From Halalkalibacterium halodurans (GTDB taxonomy: Bacteria; Bacillota; Bacilli; Bacillales; Bacillaceae_D): a stretch of DNA of 32,000 nucleotides. Positions 7,078 through 15,569 of this stretch are shown in pieces. Where the stretch lies: positions 1-32,000 of the forward strand of contig NZ_SNUY01000006.1 in assembly GCF_004376175.1 (NCBI RefSeq), given 5' to 3'. The notes beneath the pieces were generated by a model, which saw only the letters and a list, made by a program, of their open reading frames with translations, had not been told where the DNA came from and did no database searches. Position 1 is the stretch's first letter; the number at the start of each line of letters is the position of its first letter. Both the position numbers and the translations under genes were made by a program.

Positions 7078-8697
7078 CTATTTTTGAAATGTTCTTCGCT
7101 GTGATTCCCGCTTTGGACGAGGTTTTGCTGGCTCAAGGTTCACACGAGCACCGTTGATCCTTGAGTAACGAAGCGCTTCATAAACAAACGGAGCCACTTC
7201 TTCAGGCACTTCAACAAACGTGAATTTTTCAAAGATGTCGATTCGGCCGATCGCCTTACCAGGAATGTCAACAAGCTCTGCAATCTCCTCGACAAGAATC
7301 TTTGGACTCATATTCACATTTCTACCAACATTGATAAAGAAACGGACCATGCCTTTGGCACCACCGGTTTCCCCAAAGCTATATCCCGCATCCTCAGGAG
7401 TTGTGTCCATCGCGTAGTTTAATTGAAGGAGAGCAGAGATCACCTCTTTTGAATCGTACTCTGCCATCAACTCTTCAGTCATTTGCTCGAAGAGGTGCTT
7501 TTGGTTAGAGCCTTTCTCAATTCGATGGGCGATTTGTTTCTTCCATGATTCTTTTTGTTTTTCCACCACATCTTCAATCGTTGGCACTTCTTGAGACGGG
7601 ATTGACATTTTAATTTCTTGTTCGATCGAACGGAGATGTTTCATTTCCCTTGGCGTGACAAGCGTAAGTGCAAGCCCTTTACGTCCTGCACGGCCTGTAC
7701 GACCGATCCGGTGAACATAGCTTTCTGGATCTTGGGGAATATCATAATTGATCACGTGAGAGACGTTCCCCACGTCAATCCCTCTCGCCGCCACATCGGT
7801 GGCAATCAAGAATTCAATCGATGAGTCACGGAATTTCCGCATAACTGCATCACGCTGAGATTGTGTTAAATCACCGTGTAATCCATCGGCAATGTAACCG
7901 CGAGCTTGCAATGCTTCCGTTAGCTCTGCCACCCCTTTTTTCGTCCGGCAAAACAAAATTCCAAGATCAATCTGCTCGCTGTCAATAATCCGGCAAAGAG
8001 AATCTAATTTATTCCGCTCTAACACTTTATAATAAAATTGATCGATAGAAGGTGCTGTCACTTCACGTCGATTGATGGATACGGTTTGTGGATCGTTCAT
8101 ATATTTGCGAGATAGCTTTTTAATCGCTGGCGGCATCGTCGCAGAGAAAAGCAAGGTTTGGCGCTCATTTTTCACCTGGCGCAGAATGGACTCGATATCA
8201 TCGATAAAGCCCATATCAAGCATTTCATCAGCTTCGTCTAAAATCACTGTATTAACGTGGTCTAAAATTAACGTTTTCCGACGCAGATGATCGATAATAC
8301 GACCCGGTGTCCCAATGACGACTTGAACTCCTTGTTTTAAAGCTTTGATTTGATGAACAATCGATTGTCCCCCATAAATCGGAAGGGTACGAATTTTTTT
8401 GTGCTTGGAAAGCTTTTGAATTTCTCCTGACACTTGGATTGCTAGCTCTCGTGTAGGTGTTAAGATAAGAGCCTGTACATGGCGGCCCGTCGTCACTTTT
8501 TCCACTACTGGTATGCCAAACGCAGCTGTTTTTCCTGTTCCTGTTTGGGCTTGGCCAATGACATCACCACCTGCAAGGATTGCAGGAATCGCCTTTGCTT
8601 GGATAGGAGATGGCTCTTCAAATCCCATCTCAATAATCGCCTTTTTAATTTCTTCTCCAATTTGTAACTCATTAAACTTTATCATTGCTTCGTTCAT
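7078..8697 (-). CDS. DEAD-box ATP-dependent RNA helicase with DbpA/DeaD-type C-terminal RNA-binding domain
   Basis: 539 aa. Motifs: Q motif FEEPSPIQ, motif I AQTGTGKT, Ia PTRELA, II DEAD, III SAT, VI HRIGRTGRAG. The C-terminal RBD-like block is VRFFINVGRNVNMSPKILVEEIAELVDIPGKAIGRIDIFEKFTFVEVP, followed by a basic tail. An alternative start is ATG 8685. Either start overlaps the cinA 3' end. Confidence 0.9.
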   Translation of the reverse strand: MNEAMIKFNELQIGEEIKKAIIEMGFEEPSPIQAKAIPAILAGGDVIGQAQTGTGKTAAFGIPVVEKVTTGRHVQALILTPTRELAIQVSGEIQKLSKHKKIRTLPIYGGQSIVHQIKALKQGVQVVIGTPGRIIDHLRRKTLILDHVNTVILDEADEMLDMGFIDDIESILRQVKNERQTLLFSATMPPAIKKLSRKYMNDPQTVSINRREVTAPSIDQFYYKVLERNKLDSLCRIIDSEQIDLGILFCRTKKGVAELTEALQARGYIADGLHGDLTQSQRDAVMRKFRDSSIEFLIATDVAARGIDVGNVSHVINYDIPQDPESYVHRIGRTGRAGRKGLALTLVTPREMKHLRSIEQEIKMSIPSQEVPTIEDVVEKQKESWKKQIAHRIEKGSNQKHLFEQMTEELMAEYDSKEVISALLQLNYAMDTTPEDAGYSFGETGGAKGMVRFFINVGRNVNMSPKILVEEIAELVDIPGKAIGRIDIFEKFTFVEVPEEVAPFVYEALRYSRINGARVNLEPAKPRPKRESQRRTFQK

Positions 8698-9934
8698 TCC
8701 ACCTTTTTATTCTGTTCAAGATCTGCTGGCATCCGTGCTTTAATGTGCGCTCACGAATCTGTTCACGGCTGCCAGAAAGTTGAAGGGTGATCGCTTCCGG
8801 CTCGTCATCTCGGAAGCACAAACCGATAAATACCGTACCTGGTTCTTTTCCTTCGGATGGTGACGGTCCAGCTACACCTGTAAAACTGATCGTCACATCA
8901 GCCTTTGTTAGCTTTTTCACTCCTTGTGCCATCGCTATAGCACATTCTGGGCTGACTGCCCCGTGCTGTTCTAACACGTGTGGAGGGACGTTTAGCCAAC
9001 TTTGCTTCATGTCATTAGTATATGTGGTTATCGCGGCAAGAAAACAGGCAGATGCCCCAGGAATATTTGTTATTCTGGCGCCGAATAATCCTCCTGTCAG
9101 GCTTTCTGCACTAGCAAGCGAAAGCCCCGTTTTCGTTAAACACGAAACGAGCTTTTCCATTAAAGAAGTTTCGTCATATCCATAAAAATAGTGACCGACC
9201 CGCTCACGTATCTTCCTCTCTGTTTCATCTAACAGCAGCGCTGCCTGTGTTTCATCATGATGCTTTACTGTTAACCTTAACGTGACTTCTCCTTCGCTGG
9301 CAAGGGGAGCAATCGTTGGGTTCGATTGACCATCTATGAGATCTTCTAGCTCGGTCTCAAGCTTCGATTCTCCGATGCCAAAAAAGCGCAGTACGCGGGA
9401 AATAATTTGCACATCGCCAACATGGCTGCTTAAGAATGGAATGACTTGCTCTGTCACCATCGGTCTCATTTCCCGTGGCGGACCTGGTAAAAGAACATAG
9501 GTGACCCCTTGATGGATCGTCGCCATACCTGGTGCCATGCCATAATGATTTTGAAAAATAGTAGCCTCTTTCAGGACGAGTGCTTGTTTGCGATTGTTTT
9601 CCGTCATTGGCAAGTTTCGTTTCTCAAAAAAGGAAACAATTTGCTCAAGGGCTACTTCATCGATCACAAGCTCTTTGTGAAGAAACGATGCCACAACCTC
9701 TTTAGTCAAATCATCCTTCGTTGGCCCCAGTCCCCCAGTGAGGATGATCAACTCGGAACGTTTACTTGCGATTTCAAGCGTTTCCTGAAGTCTTGTCGCG
9801 TTGTCACCAACGACAGAGTGATAAAAAACGTCAACCCCTGCTTTTGCTAGCTGCTGCGAGAGGAATTGGCCATTTGTATTCGCAATTTGTCCTAAAAGCA
9901 GTTCTGAACCGACAGCAATTACTTCTGCTTTCAT
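8672..9934 (-). CDS. cinA: Competence/damage-inducible protein CinA (MoCF-like domain plus nicotinamide-nucleotide amidase domain)
   Basis: 420 aa. The N-terminus is MKAEVIAVGSELLLGQIANTNGQFLSQQLAKAGVDV. The C-terminal PncC-like half contains SLASAESLTGGLFG. Synteny is pgsA-cinA-recA. Confidence 0.92.
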   Translation of the reverse strand: MKAEVIAVGSELLLGQIANTNGQFLSQQLAKAGVDVFYHSVVGDNATRLQETLEIASKRSELIILTGGLGPTKDDLTKEVVASFLHKELVIDEVALEQIVSFFEKRNLPMTENNRKQALVLKEATIFQNHYGMAPGMATIHQGVTYVLLPGPPREMRPMVTEQVIPFLSSHVGDVQIISRVLRFFGIGESKLETELEDLIDGQSNPTIAPLASEGEVTLRLTVKHHDETQAALLLDETERKIRERVGHYFYGYDETSLMEKLVSCLTKTGLSLASAESLTGGLFGARITNIPGASACFLAAITTYTNDMKQSWLNVPPHVLEQHGAVSPECAIAMAQGVKKLTKADVTISFTGVAGPSPSEGKEPGTVFIGLCFRDDEPEAITLQLSGSREQIRERTLKHGCQQILNRIKRWNERSNDKV

Positions 9935-9952
9935 GTGAAAATTCCCTCAGTC

Positions 9953-10531
9953 CTACTTAGATTTCAACAAAAACTCTTTGTTTTTCAGGAAATAATCGAC
10001 GCCTGAAACAATCGTTAAAATGGTAGCAACCCATAACGCGATTATCATAAAAGGAAAACCTACTGCAGCAAAAGGAACGTTATAAAGCAAGCAGGCAATT
10101 ATCGCCACGATTTGCGAGACCGTTTTCCATTTTCCGAGCTTACTTGCTGCGATCACTGCTCCGTCAGAGGCGGCCACAAGACGAATCCCTGTGACAGCAA
10201 ACTCACGGCTAATGATGATGATGGCCATCCATGCTGGAATTGTTCCAATTTCTACAAGCCCCACTAATGCCGCCGTCACGAGCAGTTTGTCAGCCAGCGG
10301 ATCAAGGAACTTCCCAAAATTAGTTACAAGCTTCCATTTCCTTGCATAATAACCGTCAAGCCAATCAGTAGCAGCCGCTAATACAAACAGAAACAGGGCG
10401 ACTAAATGCGAAACAGGGATTTCCACACCGAACAGCACCGCTGTACCTAACGGAATGGGGGCGAGCAAAAACAGCATAAATAACGGGATTAACCCTATTC
10501 GTGATAACGTGATCTTATTTGGTACGTTCAC
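9953..10531 (-). CDS. pgsA: CDP-diacylglycerol--glycerol-3-phosphate 3-phosphatidyltransferase
   Basis: 192 aa and multi-TM. The CDP-alcohol phosphatidyltransferase motif is DGYYARKWKLVTNFGKFLDPLADKL. Confidence 0.93.
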   Translation of the reverse strand: MNVPNKITLSRIGLIPLFMLFLLAPIPLGTAVLFGVEIPVSHLVALFLFVLAAATDWLDGYYARKWKLVTNFGKFLDPLADKLLVTAALVGLVEIGTIPAWMAIIIISREFAVTGIRLVAASDGAVIAASKLGKWKTVSQIVAIIACLLYNVPFAAVGFPFMIIALWVATILTIVSGVDYFLKNKEFLLKSK

Positions 10532-10567
10532 CGTATTCGACCCTTTCTTTTATGCTATCCTTACGAA

Positions 10568-11062
10568 TTATCGCATATTAACAAACTGTACGGGAAAGTC
10601 CAAGTCTTGCTCTTTCACCAATTGAATCACTTGCTGTAAATCATCGATATTCTTACCCGTTACCCGAATTTGATCGTTTTGGATTTGCGCTTTCACTTTT
10701 AATTTTGAATCACGAATAAGCTTTGTCAGCTTCTTTGCCCGCTCACCTTCAATTCCCGAGAGAAGGGTAACCACTTGGCGAACCGTGCCGCCAGCCGCAC
10801 GCTCAATCTTTCCAAAATCCATCGTCTTTTGTGATAATCCCCGCTTAATAAACTTTGATTTTAAAATGTCGATAACACTTTCTAATTTGTACTCATCGTC
10901 TGAAATGAGGGTAACTTGCTCATCCCCTGTTCGCTCGATTGAGCTTTTTGAGCCTTTAAAGTCATAACGATTCGTAATTTCTTTCATCGCTAAATTAATG
11001 GCGTTATCCACTTCTTGAAGGTTTACCTCTGAGACAAGATCAAAAGAATGCTCTTTTGCCAC
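10568..11062 (-). CDS. yajQ: YajQ-family (UPF0234) nucleotide-binding protein
   Basis: The track ORF is trimmed to GTG at 11062, with GAAAGGA 8 nt upstream. This gives (M)[37 protein letters not shown], the typical family N-terminus. Length is 164 aa. Confidence 0.8.
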
Positions 11063-11159
11063 GTTCATCATCCTTTCATACTGCATTGAAAGCAACGTTT
11101 TTAGGCCTACGTAACATTGTACCATAATATGGACTCATTTCGTAATTTTAAATCACATT

Positions 11160-11190
11160 AAAAGAAAAAAGCTACTGATGAGCCAGTAGC
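11160..11190 (-). terminator. Intrinsic terminator downstream of rodZ
   Basis: The minus strand reads GCTACTG, loop GCTCAT, CAGTAGC, then TTTTTTCTTTT. Confidence 0.7.
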
Positions 11191-11218
11191 CATAGGTCTG
11201 AGCCAGTAGCCATAGGTC
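11179..11218. repeat. Perfect 20-bp tandem duplication (TGAGCCAGTAGCCATAGGTC x2)
   Basis: Copies at 11179-11198 and 11199-11218 are identical. The promoter-distal copy (minus-strand sense) contributes one arm of the terminator stem. Confidence 0.9.
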
Positions 11219-11222
11219 GTTC

Positions 11223-12095
11223 TTAACGTTCTGATGGGTTAAACACAATGTTCACACGTTGATGTGGGGTGTCAAGAGGGAATTCGAATGCCTCGTCATT
11301 AATCGTCAAGTTAACAAAAGTGGAAGCGCCGAAATTAAATTCAATTTCCTCTTCTCCACTAAAGTCATAAGTCTGCTCATCACCTTCTCCGGCATTGGCA
11401 GCAAAAAATGTATTTCCAAGGCCATTCTCAATCGCCACATAAGACGTCCCATCAAATGTAATCTCAACATCAAATCGATCGGTTCCACTCAATTCATAAT
11501 AGGAACGATTGCCAACAGATTCAATGTGAACAAGCTCTGATTCATCAGCCTCTTCCGCTTGCTCGTCTTCGGCAGCATCGCTTCCATTGTCCTCTGGTTG
11601 CTCTTCTTCCTCTTCAACTTCTTCTACGCCGGGATCTTCACCAACTTCCGCTTCCACATCATGCTCTTCTGGCGGTGGCTCTTGTGCCCGATCGTTCCCT
11701 TGTGCAAAATACCAAATGCCGATCGCAAGCAATAAAATCGCCGCTACAGCAGCCACCATCGGCAAGAGGGAAAACAACTTTGATTTTTTCTTTGGCACAG
11801 GTGGTGCGGTACGCTTCATACGTTCACTACGAGCCGGTCGATCTGGCAAATCTTTTTGCGGGTTTGGCAATTCATTCGAAAACTCATCAAATAACTGCTC
11901 AGGATCGAGCCCTACCGCTTCTGCATACGTTTTAATAAAAGCTCTCGCATAAAATACGCCTGGCAGTACATCATAGCGTCCTTCTTCAATCGCAAGTAAG
12001 TAGCGCTTTTGAATCTTAGTTGTTCTTTGTAAATCATCCAGTGATAATTGTTTTTCCTCACGTATTTCTCGCAAACGTTGACCTAATTCTGACAC
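11223..12095 (-). CDS. rodZ: Cytoskeleton protein RodZ (YmfM): HTH, TM segment, acidic linker, C-terminal domain
   Basis: Start is set at GTG 12095, with GGTAGGTG 6 nt upstream, giving (M)SELGQRLREIREEKQLSLDDLQRTTKIQKRYLLAIEEG. TM segment is LFSLLPMVAAVAAILLLAIGIWYF. There is a long D/E-rich linker. Confidence 0.85.
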   Translation of the reverse strand: MSELGQRLREIREEKQLSLDDLQRTTKIQKRYLLAIEEGRYDVLPGVFYARAFIKTYAEAVGLDPEQLFDEFSNELPNPQKDLPDRPARSERMKRTAPPVPKKKSKLFSLLPMVAAVAAILLLAIGIWYFAQGNDRAQEPPPEEHDVEAEVGEDPGVEEVEEEEEQPEDNGSDAAEDEQAEEADESELVHIESVGNRSYYELSGTDRFDVEITFDGTSYVAIENGLGNTFFAANAGEGDEQTYDFSGEEEIEFNFGASTFVNLTINDEAFEFPLDTPHQRVNIVFNPSER

Positions 12096-12111
12096 TTTTA
12101 ACACCTACCAA

Positions 12112-12888
12112 CTAACTAATATCGAAAGAGGAGAATCCAGATTCCACCATATCATATGTAATTTCTTCTCCTTCTTCATTCCGCAGCTCGATTATGCAAT
12201 CGAAATCGTCGAGTTCGTATTCTGTTTCACGAATAAAAATATCTGGGTGTTCCACTACCTTTACAGCTGGCAATCTCATAATGTCGCGAACAAGCATGCG
12301 ATGCTTTTCATTAGCTCTCATCGTTGAAACAATGCCATCGATGATGTAAATATGCTCTTCGCTCAGCTCATCATCCGCCAGTTGACTTCGTACGGTTTGC
12401 CGCAAAAGAGTAGAAGAAATAAACGACCATCGCTTGTTTGCACAGACGCTAGCAGCAACAATTGACTCCGTTTTTCCAACACGCGGCATCCCACGAATAC
12501 CGATTAAATAATGCTCGTTGCGCTTAAACAATTCGGCCATAAAATCAACAAGCAAGCCGAGCTCCATACGAACGAATCGAAACGTTTTGCGGTCGTCTGC
12601 ATCACGTTCAATATAACGACCGTGGCGAATCGCTAACCGATCACGGAGTCGTGGCTCACGAAACTTTGTCACAGTGATATCTTCAATCGTCTCTAAAATC
12701 GTACGAAATCGCAAAATCTGGTCGTCATCGACGCTACGAATTAACATCCCTCGACGCATATCATCGACACCGTTGATTGTCACAATATTACAAGAAAGCA
12801 TTCCGAGTATTGATGAAATATCGCCTAAAAGGCCTGGACGATTTTTATGAATTTGATATTCTAGGTACCATTCTTTCACGCTCATCAA
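12112..12888 (-). CDS. ymfK: YmfK-like protein (DUF3388): ACT-like N-domain plus P-loop-like domain
   Basis: 258 aa. The N-terminus HKNRPGLLGDISSILGMLSCNIVTING is ACT-like. The Walker-A-like motif is GMPRVGKTES. Position between ymfJ and rodZ matches B. subtilis. The start could be TTG 12888 or ATG 12885. Confidence 0.75.
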   Translation of the reverse strand: MMSVKEWYLEYQIHKNRPGLLGDISSILGMLSCNIVTINGVDDMRRGMLIRSVDDDQILRFRTILETIEDITVTKFREPRLRDRLAIRHGRYIERDADDRKTFRFVRMELGLLVDFMAELFKRNEHYLIGIRGMPRVGKTESIVAASVCANKRWSFISSTLLRQTVRSQLADDELSEEHIYIIDGIVSTMRANEKHRMLVRDIMRLPAVKVVEHPDIFIRETEYELDDFDCIIELRNEEGEEITYDMVESGFSSFDIS

Positions 12889-13158
12889 CTGTCATCCCCT
12901 TATGAAGTACAAAGGATCATTCCAAACGCCTAACCGCTTAATTTCACATAAGAAGGGGCTACTTTCTAACAAATGTTAACTAACCTTTATAATAATTCAT
13001 TTTCTACTTATTGAAAAGGGATTTCTGTCATAACCCATAAAATCACACCGAAAAAAGTCGTTTTATGAAAATAGCCCTGGAAATCATCATAAAATCGTAA
13101 ACATTGTGTGAGACTAGAAAGGAAAATTCCTCCTTATTTTCCAGTCTCGGAACCAGAA

Positions 13159-13187
13159 GAAAAAACGCCGCGACTGCGGCGTTTTTG
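13159..13187 (-). terminator. Intrinsic terminator of ymfJ
   Basis: AAAAACGCCGC, loop GACT, GCGGCGTTTTT. This is a perfect GC-rich hairpin with U-tract, 8 nt after the ymfJ stop. Confidence 0.85.
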
Positions 13188-13194
13188 ATTTGTC

Positions 13195-13449
13195 TTATCT
13201 ATAATCGCTACGAACGAGCTTTACCATCATGTTTGCAATCGCATGTTGCTCTTCTTCATTTGCGACTTTCCATAAATCAGCTAAGATGCGCTCTTGCTCA
13301 TTTTGCGGCTCCACTTGCTTCGCCAAATATTCACCAACTTGATAAGCAACATCAGAAATAACACCATCGTTCATTCCTTCGGATTCGGCTTGTTGTAATC
13401 GATCGCCCAAAAAATCTTTCCACTGTTCCCAGTTGTCTAATACAGACAT
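13195..13449 (-). CDS. ymfJ: YmfJ-like small protein (DUF3243)
   Basis: 84 aa. Sequence begins MSVLDNWEQWKDFLGDRLQQAESEGMNDGVISDVAYQVGEYLAK. SD GAGGAGGG lies upstream. Synteny supports the call. Confidence 0.75.
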   Translation of the reverse strand: MSVLDNWEQWKDFLGDRLQQAESEGMNDGVISDVAYQVGEYLAKQVEPQNEQERILADLWKVANEEEQHAIANMMVKLVRSDYR

Positions 13450-13545
13450 GTTGTACCCTCCTCAAATATCAATTTCGTGATTAGTGTGCCAAAGAGGGTG
13501 GAAAATATACACAAAACAGAAGGAAATATTTCTTTGGTCACTTTA

Positions 13546-14274
13546 TTAACAATACCAGCCGCCATTTACGGACAATACGTGGCCATGAATGTAAGTCGCA
13601 CGCTCTGAGCATAAGAACGCGACGGTTTCAGCGACTTCCATTGGAGTTCCTAGTCGGCCTGCTGGGATTTCTTCTGTAAGAGCTAAAACTTCCTCCTCCG
13701 AATAGCTTGAAAGCATGGAAGTGTTAATCGCTCCTGGAGCCACACCGTTCACTTGTATGCCGTTTGGCGCCATTTCTTTTGCTAACGCTTTAACGAAGCC
13801 ATTCATGCCACTTTTCGCAGCCGAGTAGACGACCTCATACGCAGCACCTGTCTCACCCCAAACCGAAGAAACCGCCACTATCTTCCCGTAGCGGTTTCTT
13901 AGCATATGAGGGAGAAATCCCCGAGAGAGTTCCATGAAGCTAAACAAATGTTGTTGGAAAGTTCTCATGATGTCTGACGTGGACGTATCGAGAAACAGCT
14001 TTTCTACGCTTTGTCCTGCGCTATGTACGAACACATCGATCGCCGAGCCGCATTGGGTTAAAAGCTCCTCCACTCCAGCGGCATGGCTAAGGTCAGCCTT
14101 GACTGTGACCACTTCCGCCTGAAGCTGCTCGCAGGCAAGACGAACGTCGTCAATGCTCCGCTCATTTTGATAATAGTGTAAATAGAGGGTCGTATGAGGA
14201 GCGGCTAATGCCTTTGAAATGGCCGCCCCTATTCCCCCCGATGCACCAGTAACTAAAACCCGTCGCTGCTTCAC
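13546..14274 (-). CDS. ymfI: Short-chain dehydrogenase/reductase (YmfI, 3-oxoacyl-ACP reductase-like)
   Basis: 242 aa. It has a Rossmann motif TGASGGIG and a catalytic YSAAK. Its start overlaps the ymfH stop by 4 nt. Confidence 0.85.
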   Translation of the reverse strand: MKQRRVLVTGASGGIGAAISKALAAPHTTLYLHYYQNERSIDDVRLACEQLQAEVVTVKADLSHAAGVEELLTQCGSAIDVFVHSAGQSVEKLFLDTSTSDIMRTFQQHLFSFMELSRGFLPHMLRNRYGKIVAVSSVWGETGAAYEVVYSAAKSGMNGFVKALAKEMAPNGIQVNGVAPGAINTSMLSSYSEEEVLALTEEIPAGRLGTPMEVAETVAFLCSERATYIHGHVLSVNGGWYC

Positions 14275-15569
14275 CCTTCCTCATATCCTTCTGGCTTCAC
14301 TTGGCAAACGGTGAAACGCTCTTTTTGGAAATGATCATGTAAAATGTCGGTTAGCTTCTCTACCGTTAAGGATTCCAACGTAGGAACAACATCAAACAAG
14401 TTCATTTTATTGAATTCATAACGTGTAAATTGGTTGGCAATGAACTCAGGTGAATTAAGGGAGCGTAAAAATCCGCCAATTTTCTTTTTAATGACTCGTT
14501 TTACTGCAGCTTCATCAAGAGGTTGCTCCTTAAACGCTTCGACCATCTCCTCAATACGTTCAGCCAATCGATTAGGTGATTTTGTATCACCGCCCATAAT
14601 CGTAAACCCAAAACCGTATTCAGATGTGTGGTCAAATGAGAACGTATCATTAATGAGCCCTTCATCATCGAGCTGTTCGTATTGTTTTGATCCTTGGCCA
14701 AACATGAGCTCAAGTAAAACATTGATTCCTAGTTCGCGAACGAGTAGATCCTTCCCTTGCCGGACCGGTTGTTTTTCTTTATAACCGACTAAGCACTTTG
14801 GTGTTTGAACCGACATCGAAATCACGCTATGAGGCTTCGCCACCTTCTCAGGCTCTGCTGGGAAAAAGCGTTGAATGTCGCCTGCCGGCTTAAATTCTTT
14901 TTTCCCTTGATTCTCTTTGACTAGTGTCATCATCTCATTTACATCAACAGGGCCGACGATGAATAAGAGCATGTTGGACGGATGGTAAAACGTTTCATAG
15001 CACGTATAGAGCAAATCTTTCGTTATCTTAGAAATAGACGGAATCGTACCTGCAATGTCAATCTTCACTGGATGGTGCTCATACATGTTTTCAATCACAC
15101 CAAAATAATTTCGCCAATCAGGGTTATCATCATACATTGTAATCTCTTGACCGATAATGCCTTTCTCTTTCTCCACCGATTCTTCGGTAAAGTAAGGATG
15201 TTGGACAAAATCGAGCAGTGTCTCTACATTTTTCTTTACGTTTGTCGTGCTTGAAAATAAATAAGCGGTTCGAGTAAAGCTCGTAAACGCATTACATGAG
15301 GCTCCTTGCTTGCTAAAAAGCTGGAACACATCCCCTTCTTCATCCTCAAACATTTTATGCTCTAAAAAATGAGCAATTCCATCGGGAACATGGAGCGCTT
15401 CTTTTTGGTTCAGCGGAATAAATTCTGAATCAATTGAACCATACTTCGTCGTAAACGTAGCATAGGTTTTGTTAAATCCTGTTTTCGGGAGGATGTATAC
15501 GTCTAAACCGTTCGCCAGTTTCTCATGGTAAAGGGTTTCTTGTAATTGTTCAAAAGTTACGTTATTCAC
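14271..15569 (-). CDS. ymfH: M16-family zinc peptidase, catalytically intact subunit (YmfH)
   Basis: 432 aa. The inverted zincin motif HFLEH is present (GIAHFLEHKMFE). It overlaps ymfF by 4 nt. Confidence 0.85.
   Translation of the reverse strand: MNNVTFEQLQETLYHEKLANGLDVYILPKTGFNKTYATFTTKYGSIDSEFIPLNQKEALHVPDGIAHFLEHKMFEDEEGDVFQLFSKQGASCNAFTSFTRTAYLFSSTTNVKKNVETLLDFVQHPYFTEESVEKEKGIIGQEITMYDDNPDWRNYFGVIENMYEHHPVKIDIAGTIPSISKITKDLLYTCYETFYHPSNMLLFIVGPVDVNEMMTLVKENQGKKEFKPAGDIQRFFPAEPEKVAKPHSVISMSVQTPKCLVGYKEKQPVRQGKDLLVRELGINVLLELMFGQGSKQYEQLDDEGLINDTFSFDHTSEYGFGFTIMGGDTKSPNRLAERIEEMVEAFKEQPLDEAAVKRVIKKKIGGFLRSLNSPEFIANQFTRYEFNKMNLFDVVPTLESLTVEKLTDILHDHFQKERFTVCQVKPEGYEEG

Noticed and set aside
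11063-11125. 21-codon N-terminal extension of the YajQ-like ORF
   Set aside because: It has no SD. The GTG at 11062 has a properly spaced GAAAGGA and restores the conserved family N-terminus.
11587-11952. 121-aa and 86-aa plus-strand ORFs inside rodZ
   Set aside because: They are antisense shadows of the acidic and low-complexity rodZ linker, giving S/G/A-rich nonsense products.
13104-13361. 85-aa plus-strand ORF
   Set aside because: It runs through the ymfJ terminator and antisense to ymfJ, and has no SD.
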